A stretch of 61,392 nt of DNA, the filler included, from Candidatus Babelota bacterium (GTDB taxonomy: Bacteria; JAGOBX01): NCBI GenBank assembly GCA_017999075.1. It is 16 parts of 16 records of this genome, joined end to end, with 100 filler letters (N's around TTAATTAATTAA, not from the genome) between each part and the next. Parts side by side here need not be neighbours in the genome. Positions count along the whole stretch, not along the records: positions 15,863 to 30,047 come from JAGOBX010000038.1; 15 more parts are not named here. One strand, given 5' to 3'. Positions 19,325 through 28,327 of this stretch are shown here, in pieces. The notes under the pieces are model-generated. The model worked only from the letters and a program-made list of their open reading frames with translations, did not search any database and had not been told where the DNA came from. Position 1 is the stretch's first letter. Each line of letters opens with the position of its first letter. The position numbers were made by a program, and so were the translations under genes.

Positions 19325-20302
19325 ATGAAAATAAGATTTTGGGGTGTTCGAGGTTCGATTCCTACGCCTGGAAAAACTACTGTAAGATATGGGGGGAATA
19401 CTTCCTGCATTGAAATTGAGACAGATAAAGGGACTACTGTAATATTTGATGCAGGATCAGGTATAAGAGAACTCGGATTTAAATTATTAAAAAAAATGCC
19501 TGTTTCAGCATATATATTATTTTCGCATACGCACTGGGATCATATACAGGGATTTCCGTTTTTTGTTCCAATATTTATTCCTACTTCAACATTGAAGCTT
19601 TATGCGCCCAAACCTCTTAAAGAAACTGAAAGTTTAGAAAATATAATGAAAAATCAAATGAGTTATCAAGTGTTTCCGATAAGTCTTGATGCAATTCAGA
19701 ATATGAATTCAAAGATTAGTTATTTTGATATTGTTGAAGGAAAAGTTGATATTCCGGAACTTGAAAATGAAGGAATAACAATAACTTCTCAATATATGAA
19801 TCATCCTGTTGTTTGTCTTGGATATAAAATAAAGTATAATAATAAAACAATAATTTACACAGGAGATAATGAACCTTATTATAATGTTTTTGACAAAAAC
19901 CTTGCTATAAATAAATCCGCATCTTCAAATAAAACTAAAAGCATTTTGTTTGACGATGATGAAGATGACGTTGATGATAAAGAAGCTGAAAATACGGTTG
20001 TAATGATGAATAAGAAATTTGTTGATTTTATAAAAGATTGTGATTATTTAATTTCTGATTCGCAATATACTCAGGAAGAATATGTTACTAAATTGGGATG
20101 GGGACATACTTCTATTGAAACCAATATCGACAGGGCAATTGAAGGAAAAGTAAAACGTTTGATATTGTTTCATCACGAACCTATGAGGAGCGATGATGCG
20201 CTTGACGACTTACTTAGAAAACAAAGACAAAAATTAATTTCTTCAGGAAGCTCTCTTGAATTATATGCTGCGCATGAAGGAATGGAAATAGAAATTGTAT
20301 GA
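19325..20302 (+). CDS. MBL-fold metallohydrolase (RNase Z-like phosphodiesterase family)
   Basis: FWGVRGSIPTPG..YGGNTSC, HTHWDHIQG, GWGHTS, LFHHEP. Confidence 0.92.
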   Translation: MKIRFWGVRGSIPTPGKTTVRYGGNTSCIEIETDKGTTVIFDAGSGIRELGFKLLKKMPVSAYILFSHTHWDHIQGFPFFVPIFIPTSTLKLYAPKPLKETESLENIMKNQMSYQVFPISLDAIQNMNSKISYFDIVEGKVDIPELENEGITITSQYMNHPVVCLGYKIKYNNKTIIYTGDNEPYYNVFDKNLAINKSASSNKTKSILFDDDEDDVDDKEAENTVVMMNKKFVDFIKDCDYLISDSQYTQEEYVTKLGWGHTSIETNIDRAIEGKVKRLILFHHEPMRSDDALDDLLRKQRQKLISSGSSLELYAAHEGMEIEIV

Positions 20303-21345
20303 CAGAGTTATTTAACGAAAAATTATTTGAAAAGCTTCGCGCAGAATATATTTCAGGTATACTTGATAAGAAAAACAATATTATATCCGGAAATATAAAA
20401 CCACCAGATAAAATTATTGATAAATATCCGCTTATAAATTCAGAAATATACAATTATTATAACTCGGAAGGAGAATTGTCTATCAGGAATAATGAATTAT
20501 CTGTACTTATTATGAATGGAGGTATGGCAACGAGGTTTGGTACAGAAGTAAAAGGTATTGTTGAGGTTTTTCATAATAAATCTTTTCTGCAGCTGAAAAT
20601 CGAAAATATTAAAAATATTTCCGAAAAATATGGTGTGAAAATATATGTTTTTATTATGAATAGTTTGTTTACAGATATTCCCACACGAAATCATTTTGAA
20701 AAGAATAATTATTTCGGTTATGATAAAAAATATGTTAAATTTTTTAATCAATATGTTTTTAAGCGTATAAAAACCGAAGGCAGTATTATTTCAGATAAAG
20801 ATAATTTGTATTATGGTTCAGGACATGGTGATTTTTTTTATGCGTTTCAGGAATTTGTTATTCCCGATATAGATAAGAATATAAAGTATATTTTTTATTC
20901 AAACGTTGATAATGTAGGAGCATGTGTTGATACAGTAATTTTAGGTTATCATAAAGCAAAAATGAAATCTGTTACAGTTGAAGTTGCCAAAAAAAATAAA
21001 GGCGATAAAGGCGGTGTTCCTGCTATTGTTGACGGGATCCCTCAAATTGTTGAAGGATTTAAATTGCCTGATAATTTTGATCATGATTCTATTAAAGAGT
21101 TTAATACGGCAAGTTATATTTTTTCTATGAATATCTTTGAAAAAAAAATAAACTTGCCTTTTTATGTGGTGGAAAAAAAAATAGAAAAAGAAAATGTAAT
21201 TCAGTTTGAACGGATTGCTGGAGATTTAACAATGTTTTTTGACAGTAATTATATTGAAATAAACCGTAAAGACAGATTTATCCCGGTTAAGACAAAAGAA
21301 GATATGGAAAATATACCGGAATGTGTAAAACAAAAATTTTATTAA
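20299..21345 (+). CDS. UDPGP-family (eukaryote-type) UTP-sugar-1-phosphate uridylyltransferase
   Basis: MNGGMATRFG..VKG, IMNS, FNQ, GSGHGD, YSNVDNVGA, GDKGG, FNT, QFE, RFIPVK. Confidence 0.85.
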   Translation: MTELFNEKLFEKLRAEYISGILDKKNNIISGNIKPPDKIIDKYPLINSEIYNYYNSEGELSIRNNELSVLIMNGGMATRFGTEVKGIVEVFHNKSFLQLKIENIKNISEKYGVKIYVFIMNSLFTDIPTRNHFEKNNYFGYDKKYVKFFNQYVFKRIKTEGSIISDKDNLYYGSGHGDFFYAFQEFVIPDIDKNIKYIFYSNVDNVGACVDTVILGYHKAKMKSVTVEVAKKNKGDKGGVPAIVDGIPQIVEGFKLPDNFDHDSIKEFNTASYIFSMNIFEKKINLPFYVVEKKIEKENVIQFERIAGDLTMFFDSNYIEINRKDRFIPVKTKEDMENIPECVKQKFY

Positions 21346-21349
21346 AAAA

Positions 21350-21751
21350 ATGGAAAATTATCAATTAATAAATAGGATAGACATAGCTCAGGACGATGAT
21401 GGAAACAGCGTTATAATATTGAAGTCTGAGAATGATAAAGTATTGATAATATCTATTGGCGAAACTGAAGCTCATTCTATTTTCTTAGCATTGAATGAAA
21501 AAAAATATGAAAGGCCTTTAACCCATGATTTGCTCAAAACTGTTTTACAGGCTTTTAAATGTAAAGTTGAAAAAGTATTTATAACAAAACTTGAAAAAAA
21601 TGTTTATTATGCTATAATGAGATTATCGACTGAAGATGGAAAACAGATTTTTCATATTGATTGCAGACCAAGCGATGCAGTGGCTGTTGGAATAAGGTTT
21701 AATGCCCTTGTATTTGTAAATGATACTTTACTTAATGATATGCAAATATAA
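21350..21751 (+). CDS. Bifunctional nuclease family protein (DUF151)
   Basis: ISIGETEA, RPLTHDLL, IDCRPSDAVAV. Confidence 0.93.
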   Translation: MENYQLINRIDIAQDDDGNSVIILKSENDKVLIISIGETEAHSIFLALNEKKYERPLTHDLLKTVLQAFKCKVEKVFITKLEKNVYYAIMRLSTEDGKQIFHIDCRPSDAVAVGIRFNALVFVNDTLLNDMQI

Positions 21752-21781
21752 GTAATTCCAATTATAACGAATTTTTGTAAT

Positions 21782-23353
21782 ATGAAAAAAGAAACACCTG
21801 AACAGAGTTTAAAAGAAATCATTTGTTATAAATCAATTCCTGATAAATTTATTATACAATATTTTGATGTACTTGATTCGGAAATTTCTGCAGATGAAAC
21901 TCCGTATATTGAACAGCTTTTGGCATATCAAAAACCGGATATTCAAATATCGATTATTAAATATATTCAGAGAACGGGAAGTATAGCTGCCTTACCGCTA
22001 TTATTGAAGCTTATAAATTCCATGGATACAAAATTTTATATCAAAATGGAATCGCTTTTAGTTTTAAGCAAACTTGACAGGAAAGGTAAAGCAAAACATA
22101 TAATTGAAAAACTTATTGAAAAAATATCATTTGATTCTGTTAAAAGCGATAATAAAATTCAAAATATATCTGCTGAAAAAATAAATACCATAATAATTGA
22201 ATCGCTGAATGAAACTTTAAAAATTCATTGCGGAATTGATATTCAGGCAATTAAAGTAAGGCAGACTGATGAAATTACTGCAGCTGGCAAATATACGTTA
22301 TGGTCAAACTCTGAACAGAATCTTGACTGCAGGGTTTTATTTAATTTTTCCGAAGATACGGGAATTAAACTTACAGAATATTTGTATAAAACCGAATCGT
22401 TTAAATATGAAAAAGTTCCAATAGATGATTACGGCATAATTTATAATTCAATAGAAATATTTAATTTGATTCTTGAAAAAATTACAATGCGCTTGGCTAA
22501 AGAAAATATAATTGCTGATTTTTCAATACCTAAAAATTTAAAGTTTAAAGACATTACTCTTGCAGAAAAAGCGGATACGGTTTTTTTATATGAAATTAAT
22601 TCATTATCGGGTAGATTATTATTCATCTTTACAATTTATGAAAAAAATTCTTCACGAATAGACAATTTGACAGAAGTTACTGAAAATCTAAGAATATATT
22701 ATATTGAAAGTGATAAACAGCAGTCACAAAGAAATAAGTTTGAGATTAAATGCGGGATAACAGGATTAACAATTGAAGATTCTGGGTTAAAAAATAATTT
22801 TGAAAAAGCTATGGAATCAAGAATTATAATTGACAGTTCAACTTTTCAGAAAATAAAAAAATTATACGATTCATTTATAAGTGATTTTGATGCTGACCAT
22901 AGAGTCACTATGAGGCTGTCGTTAAAAATAGATTTTCTTGTTAAAACCTGTGATTTATTGAAATCATCATTAAAGGATATAGTGATTTTTAAAATAAATC
23001 AGGTTAATCCTCAATTCGGCAATATTATATGTGATAAATTAATTGATGAAACTTTTTTTCTTAAACTTTCAGAAATATCTATAAAAAAAATAATAGACCG
23101 CCTTGATGATATGGAATTATCAATCATTATTTTGTTTTTTTCTCCTGTAATTAAGAATAAAGTTATTGGGAACTGTTCGAATTCGAAATTTAAAGCAATT
23201 AATGATTTTATTAACGATTCTAATTTTAAATTAATTAATCCTGCTAAGATTAATAAAACTAAAGATAAATTAATTTCTTTTATTAAAGAGATATATCTTT
23301 CCGATGACAAGTGTTTATCTGATATGGTAAATCAGATAACCCGTAATTTATAA
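21782..23353 (+). CDS. Multidomain protein: HEAT repeats + CheX-like + FliG C-terminal-like
   Basis: N-terminal HEAT-like (IQISIIKYIQRTGSIAALPLLLKLI); middle SIEIFNLIL..LAKENIIADFSIP; C-terminal LSEISIKKIIDRLDDMELSII..IKNKVIGNCS. Confidence 0.55.
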   Translation: MKKETPEQSLKEIICYKSIPDKFIIQYFDVLDSEISADETPYIEQLLAYQKPDIQISIIKYIQRTGSIAALPLLLKLINSMDTKFYIKMESLLVLSKLDRKGKAKHIIEKLIEKISFDSVKSDNKIQNISAEKINTIIIESLNETLKIHCGIDIQAIKVRQTDEITAAGKYTLWSNSEQNLDCRVLFNFSEDTGIKLTEYLYKTESFKYEKVPIDDYGIIYNSIEIFNLILEKITMRLAKENIIADFSIPKNLKFKDITLAEKADTVFLYEINSLSGRLLFIFTIYEKNSSRIDNLTEVTENLRIYYIESDKQQSQRNKFEIKCGITGLTIEDSGLKNNFEKAMESRIIIDSSTFQKIKKLYDSFISDFDADHRVTMRLSLKIDFLVKTCDLLKSSLKDIVIFKINQVNPQFGNIICDKLIDETFFLKLSEISIKKIIDRLDDMELSIIILFFSPVIKNKVIGNCSNSKFKAINDFINDSNFKLINPAKINKTKDKLISFIKEIYLSDDKCLSDMVNQITRNL

Positions 23354-23355
23354 TT

Positions 23356-24150
23356 TTAAAATAGTTTGGACCGTCCGTTTTTGAGTTTAATTTTAAAATC
23401 CAAAAAACTGTCGCTGCCTTTAATATTTATTCTATACATAAAATAAGGATTTTTTATAGGTATTTTGTTTATTTTTGATTTTATCAATAAACCGAAATTA
23501 AAATTATGTTTTTTTAAAAAATCTTTTAATTTATTTTTATCTTCTGGTTTTTCGGGTATTGATCCGTAGGGATATGCTATTACATTTTCAAAAAAAATAT
23601 TATTTTTTTTTAATTCTGATATACAGTCGGTTAAATCAGATTCTATTTCTTTAATTGTCATTTTAGAAAAATTTGAATGATTGAAGCTGTGTATTCCGAA
23701 TTCTATATTGTTGCCCGACATTTCTTTTATTTGATTGTAATCTATAAGTTTTTCTTGACCTTCATCCCATTCATTTTTTTTTCCTATGCTGCCTGCAACA
23801 AGAAATATAGTTGCTTTTATATTATTTTTTTTTAAAACAGGATATGCTAATTCGTAATTATTCATATATCCGTCGTCAAATGTCAGTATTACCGGTTTGT
23901 CTGGAATATTTAAAGTGTTGTTTTTATAACTGTTGAGTTCTTTAAAAGATATTGGAGTATATCCTTTTTTCAGGAGATAGTTTATTTGATTTTCAAATTG
24001 GTTCACTGTTACTGTGAGTTTATCTCTGTGGAATTCTGAAATTTTATGATACATTAAAACAGGAATTCCTTTATAATTAAACAGGAATAATCCGTATCGG
24101 TAAATTAAAAATATTATTATAATTATTGAACTGTAAAATATTATTTCCAT
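23356..24150 (-). CDS. Polysaccharide deacetylase (CE4/NodB)
   Basis: PVLMYH, LTFDDGY, GIHSFNH, AYPYG; N-terminal TM. Confidence 0.93.
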   Translation of the reverse strand: MEIIFYSSIIIIIFLIYRYGLFLFNYKGIPVLMYHKISEFHRDKLTVTVNQFENQINYLLKKGYTPISFKELNSYKNNTLNIPDKPVILTFDDGYMNNYELAYPVLKKNNIKATIFLVAGSIGKKNEWDEGQEKLIDYNQIKEMSGNNIEFGIHSFNHSNFSKMTIKEIESDLTDCISELKKNNIFFENVIAYPYGSIPEKPEDKNKLKDFLKKHNFNFGLLIKSKINKIPIKNPYFMYRINIKGSDSFLDFKIKLKNGRSKLF

Positions 24151-24154
24151 AATT

Positions 24155-24604
24155 TTATTTGATTTTAAAAAAATCGATGTCGCCTGTAATTTTTTTTATA
24201 ATTATGTATGATTTTTTTTTTGTGTTGGATAAAATTATGGTATCTCCTGAAATATTTTCGGATATTCCTTTTTTATCGAATTTTATATATGCTGGAGTTT
24301 GATAAAAAAAAACATTTTTTGAAAGATAGACAGTTTCTGAATTGTTGTTTGAAAAAATAGTGTAAGACTGGTTTATAGTATTGAAATTTATTTTGGAATT
24401 GTCTCCGTTTGATGAAATTTGCTGCAAATAATTAATTGAAGAAATTAGTTTGGAAGTTTCTATTTCTAAATCCTGATCGGTCAGATAATTCGTTATAATA
24501 ACAGGCGTTATCGAAGCTATAACGCCTATTATTATTATTACTATAGTTAATTCGATTAAAGTAAAACCATTGTTCCGGAAGAGAAAAAAATCGGATTGGT
24601 TCAT
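24155..24604 (-). CDS. Prepilin-type N-methylation domain protein (GspH/FimT-like)
   Basis: GFTLIELTIVIIIIGVIA. Confidence 0.9.
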   Translation of the reverse strand: MNQSDFFLFRNNGFTLIELTIVIIIIGVIASITPVIITNYLTDQDLEIETSKLISSINYLQQISSNGDNSKINFNTINQSYTIFSNNNSETVYLSKNVFFYQTPAYIKFDKKGISENISGDTIILSNTKKKSYIIIKKITGDIDFFKIK

Positions 24605-24665
24605 AAAATTTTATGAGTGATTTTTTTGTTGAAAAACTTCAAAAATCCTCTTGTTTTTTTGTTTT

Positions 24666-25085
24666 TTAATATGTCGAAAAAGCCTGTCCGTTTCTATCGC
24701 TTCCCGTTAAATTGACATTAACCAAGGGTTCCATAGTATCTCCGCGGTATTCATAATACCATCCGCCTGATCCATCTATTCCGCCTATATTTTTTTCTTT
24801 TTTGGCAGGAGTAAGAAGTTCTTCTGGAAATACTCTTAAAAATCCTGAATCAACCATATCCTGTATAGTTGACGGATTATGTCTGTCATTTTGAATGAAA
24901 AATAATTTTTGCGCTGATCTGATGCTTCCTAAATTAGCTTTTGTAGCTGATATTTCAGCTTGTTCGACTTGAATTAAAAAAGTCGGTACTATAATCGCAA
25001 CAAGTGTTCCGATTATTATGATAACTATTACTAATTCTACAATTGTAAAACCAGTTTTAATTAACTGTTTACTATTTTTTGCCAT
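24666..25085 (-). CDS. Prepilin/pseudopilin (GspG/PilA-like)
   Basis: GFTIVELVIVIIIIGTLVAIIVP; ATKANLGSIRSA; GGWYY; GGAGG RBS. Confidence 0.9.
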   Translation of the reverse strand: MAKNSKQLIKTGFTIVELVIVIIIIGTLVAIIVPTFLIQVEQAEISATKANLGSIRSAQKLFFIQNDRHNPSTIQDMVDSGFLRVFPEELLTPAKKEKNIGGIDGSGGWYYEYRGDTMEPLVNVNLTGSDRNGQAFSTY

Positions 25086-25139
25086 ATATCTTCCTCCAGC
25101 ATTTTTTTTAACTAATATATTATATAAATATTATTACTT

Positions 25140-26237
25140 TTAGTCAAGTTCAATTTTTTTATAGTAAGTCAGTATTTTTTCAAAGACAAAATTGGGGTCA
25201 AGATTTGCCTGGCATATTAATTTTTTGCATTTTCGTTTTCTACAAGGATTACATCCTGTATTTTTGTATAGCACAATATTGTTTTTTCCGTAGGGTTTGT
25301 TTATTTCAGGATCAGAAGGACCGAATAAAGCTACTAACTGAATATTTAATAACGATGCAATATGCATTGGTCCGGTATCTCCAGTAATAAATAGGCTTGC
25401 TTTTGAAATTAAGTAAACCGATTCTTTCACTGTGGTTGCAGGAGCTGTAAAAATTCTGTTATTATGACTGTTCGATATATTTTTAATTCCGTTTATTATT
25501 CTTTCTATTTTTTCAAATTCGCCAGGTCCCCAGCTGAAAACTATACTTGTTTCTTTATATGTTTCTGCTAACAATATGCATAATTTGGAATAATATTTTT
25601 CTGGCCATTCTTTGTATCTTCCTATTTTACTTACAGCGGGATTGATTAATATTATATTTTTATAAGTTAATTTTTTAATGAAATTTTCTGTCACGATTTT
25701 ATCGTTTTCTTTAATTTCAAATAAATCACCGAATTTCTCGGGTTTAATTTTTTTATTAAAAAAATATGCCAGTAATGAAAAATTTTTTTCTATTCGGGTT
25801 ATTTTATCGGATTCTGCGTCAATATGCACATTGTTAAATATATGATTTAATTCTTTGCAGAATTTTTTTGAATATCCGATCCTGACAGGACAATTCGTTA
25901 AATATGATAATAATCCGCTTTTAAAAATTCCATGAAAATCTAAAACATAATCGAATTTTTCATTTTTGAGGTCTTTGATAATATTTTTAAAATCGAAAAT
26001 TACTTTTAAAAAATTTTTTGAAAATATTTGTTTTTGCCATTCTTTTCTCGGGATTTTTACTAATTTGTTTATATAAGACAGGTTTTCAAGTATATTGGAG
26101 TTTTGTTTTTCTGTGAGCCAGAATATCTGGTGTTCTTCTTTTAAATTTTCTGATAGGTATTTCACTGCAGGCAGAGTTCTTATTATATCACCTATTGCTC
26201 CGAGCCTTATTATTAATATTTTTTTTCTTTCGTTCAA
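25140..26237 (-). CDS. Glycosyltransferase family 9 (LPS heptosyltransferase-like)
   Basis: IIRLGAIGDII, DFHGIFKS, KEWP, TGDTGPMHIA, ALFGPS. Confidence 0.92.
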   Translation of the reverse strand: MNERKKILIIRLGAIGDIIRTLPAVKYLSENLKEEHQIFWLTEKQNSNILENLSYINKLVKIPRKEWQKQIFSKNFLKVIFDFKNIIKDLKNEKFDYVLDFHGIFKSGLLSYLTNCPVRIGYSKKFCKELNHIFNNVHIDAESDKITRIEKNFSLLAYFFNKKIKPEKFGDLFEIKENDKIVTENFIKKLTYKNIILINPAVSKIGRYKEWPEKYYSKLCILLAETYKETSIVFSWGPGEFEKIERIINGIKNISNSHNNRIFTAPATTVKESVYLISKASLFITGDTGPMHIASLLNIQLVALFGPSDPEINKPYGKNNIVLYKNTGCNPCRKRKCKKLICQANLDPNFVFEKILTYYKKIELD

Positions 26238-26432
26238 ATTAATATGTCTCCTGAACTAAGCTGAATTTGAAATCATAGAGTTTTTGATTTTAAAGATTTA
26301 TTCCGGATTAGTACATAGTATATCAAATGTTAAGTATATATAAACATCGTTATAAATGCTTTTTTTAGTTATAATATAATTTATAGTCTAATGTAATGTT
26401 AATTTAAAGAAAATAAAAATTAGCCTGATAAT

Positions 26433-26469
26433 AAAAAAAACCCGAAAGTTTTTTCTTTCGGGTTTTTTT
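26433..26469. terminator. Intrinsic terminator downstream of rplY (bidirectional)
   Basis: A-tract-CCCGAAAG-TTTTTT-CTTTCGGG-T-tract. Confidence 0.85.
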
Positions 26470-26532
26470 AATTTACACTAAAAAATAATTTCGTTTTTAT
26501 CGCATTTCCGGTAAAAACTGTTCATCAATATT

Positions 26533-27243
26533 TTATTTTTTTTGTTTTTCAGGTTTTGCAGCTTTTTTATCATCGCCTGTTTTTTCAGCGGCTGCACCTT
26601 CGGCTGCAGGAGCTGCTTCAGCGCCTTCTGCGCCTTCAGCTGGAACAGCGCCTTCACCTGCAGCAGCAGTTTCAACAACTTCCTCTTTGACCACAGTAAC
26701 CACAGCAACAGTTCTTTTTTTGTCGGTTAAAATTTTTATACCTTCCGGAACTTTCACATTTTCAAGAGCAAGATTATCTCCTATATTTAAAGCAGTAACA
26801 TCAACTTCTATAAATTCAGGAATTCTATCAGGCAGACATTTGATTTGTACTTCACGCAATTGCTGCTCAAGTATTCCGCCTTCAGCTAAACCTATTGGTT
26901 TTCCTGTAAGTTGAATAGCAACAGTTACTGTCATAGGTTTGTCCATAGAAATTTCATAAAAATCTATATGAAGCAATTTATTTTTAACAGGGTCTGTTTG
27001 ATAATCTTTTAAAATCACTTTACGCGGCGCAGATTCTCCTTCTATAGTCAAATCTATTATTGCATTAGATAATGACGGGTTATTAATTATTGATAACACA
27101 TTACGTCCAGGTACGCTTATATTTACGTTAGGTTTACCCGGACCGTATATTACAGAGGCAATTCTGCCTTCTGTTTTTAATTTGTAAGACGCGTTTTTTT
27201 TAATTATATCGCGTTTTGTTGCAGTCAAACTCAATTGCTTCAT
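26533..27243 (-). CDS. rplY: 50S ribosomal protein L25/Ctc
   Basis: VIYGPG, KDYQTDPV..HIDFY, GGILEQ, IPEFIEVDV; Ala/Glu-rich tail. Confidence 0.95.
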   Translation of the reverse strand: MKQLSLTATKRDIIKKNASYKLKTEGRIASVIYGPGKPNVNISVPGRNVLSIINNPSLSNAIIDLTIEGESAPRKVILKDYQTDPVKNKLLHIDFYEISMDKPMTVTVAIQLTGKPIGLAEGGILEQQLREVQIKCLPDRIPEFIEVDVTALNIGDNLALENVKVPEGIKILTDKKRTVAVVTVVKEEVVETAAAGEGAVPAEGAEGAEAAPAAEGAAAEKTGDDKKAAKPEKQKK

Positions 27244-27333
27244 ATCACATATTCCTCCGAAAAATCCATCTTAAATTTTCAAGTTTTGAAATTTAAACAA
27301 TTTATTTTATAAAATGAATTAAAAAAAGTAAAG

Positions 27334-28326
27334 TTAAATTTTATAATTTTTGCTAAATAATATTTTCATTGAAGCCCCGTTCTGAACACATTTTATGGCG
27401 CCTGCTATTAAAGGAGCTACTGATAACTGTACAAATTTTTTGTGTTTTTTACAATCTTCGCTTAATGGGAGCGTATTTGTTGAAACAATTTCTTTCAATG
27501 AAGAATTTATTAGATTTGTTATTGCCTTTCCTGAAAATACAGGATGTGAACACGCAGCCACAACTTCAATCGCTCCTTGTTTGAGTAATGCGTCAGAAGC
27601 TGCGCACATTGTTCCGCCGGTGTCAATCATATCGTCAAATAATATTGCAGTTTTCCCTTTTACATCGCCTATTATATTCATTATTTCTGCCTTATTAGCT
27701 TCAGGTCTGCGTTTGTCTATTATAGCCATTGATACTTTTAATTGTTTTGCAAAATTTCGTGCCCGTTCCACTCCGCCTGCATCTGGAGAAACAACTATTA
27801 CTTTATGATTTTTAATTTGTTTTTCATATTTTTTTAAAAAATAATCGGCTATTATGTATTTTGCCGAAATATGGTCGAGAGGTATGTCAAAAAAACCTTG
27901 TAACTGGGCTATATGCAAATCTATTGTTATTATTCTGTCTGCGCCAGCTTCAGTAATAAGATTCGCAACTAATTTTGCGCTTATTGGAACTCTTGGTTTG
28001 TCTTTTCTATCCTGGCGAGCATAACCGAAATAAGGTATTACTGCGGTTATTGTTCCTGCTGAAGCGCGTCTGGCAGCATCTATAGCCAGTAAAAGTTCCA
28101 TTAAATTGTCGTTTACCGGTCGGCAAGTAGGTTGAATTATGAAAACATTATCTCCTCGGAAACTATCCTGGAATTGAACGTACGTTTCTCCGTCTGCAAA
28201 ATGTTTTATTTCATTTGGAATAGGCTTGATTTTCAACTGTCTTGCTATGGCATCTGCTAATTCTGTATGAGCTGACCCTTTAAACAAAACTATTTTAGGA
28301 TTTTTTTTTACTACGCTGATACTCAT
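27334..28326 (-). CDS. prs: Ribose-phosphate pyrophosphokinase
   Basis: FADGE, PYFGYARQDRK, VSPDAGG, DDMIDTGGT. Confidence 0.97.
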   Translation of the reverse strand: MSISVVKKNPKIVLFKGSAHTELADAIARQLKIKPIPNEIKHFADGETYVQFQDSFRGDNVFIIQPTCRPVNDNLMELLLAIDAARRASAGTITAVIPYFGYARQDRKDKPRVPISAKLVANLITEAGADRIITIDLHIAQLQGFFDIPLDHISAKYIIADYFLKKYEKQIKNHKVIVVSPDAGGVERARNFAKQLKVSMAIIDKRRPEANKAEIMNIIGDVKGKTAILFDDMIDTGGTMCAASDALLKQGAIEVVAACSHPVFSGKAITNLINSSLKEIVSTNTLPLSEDCKKHKKFVQLSVAPLIAGAIKCVQNGASMKILFSKNYKI

Positions 28327-28327
28327 T

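Noticed and set aside
26580..26670. Short GC-rich tandem repeats (GCGCCTTC)
   Set aside because: They encode the ordinary Ala/Glu/Gly-rich L25 tail.
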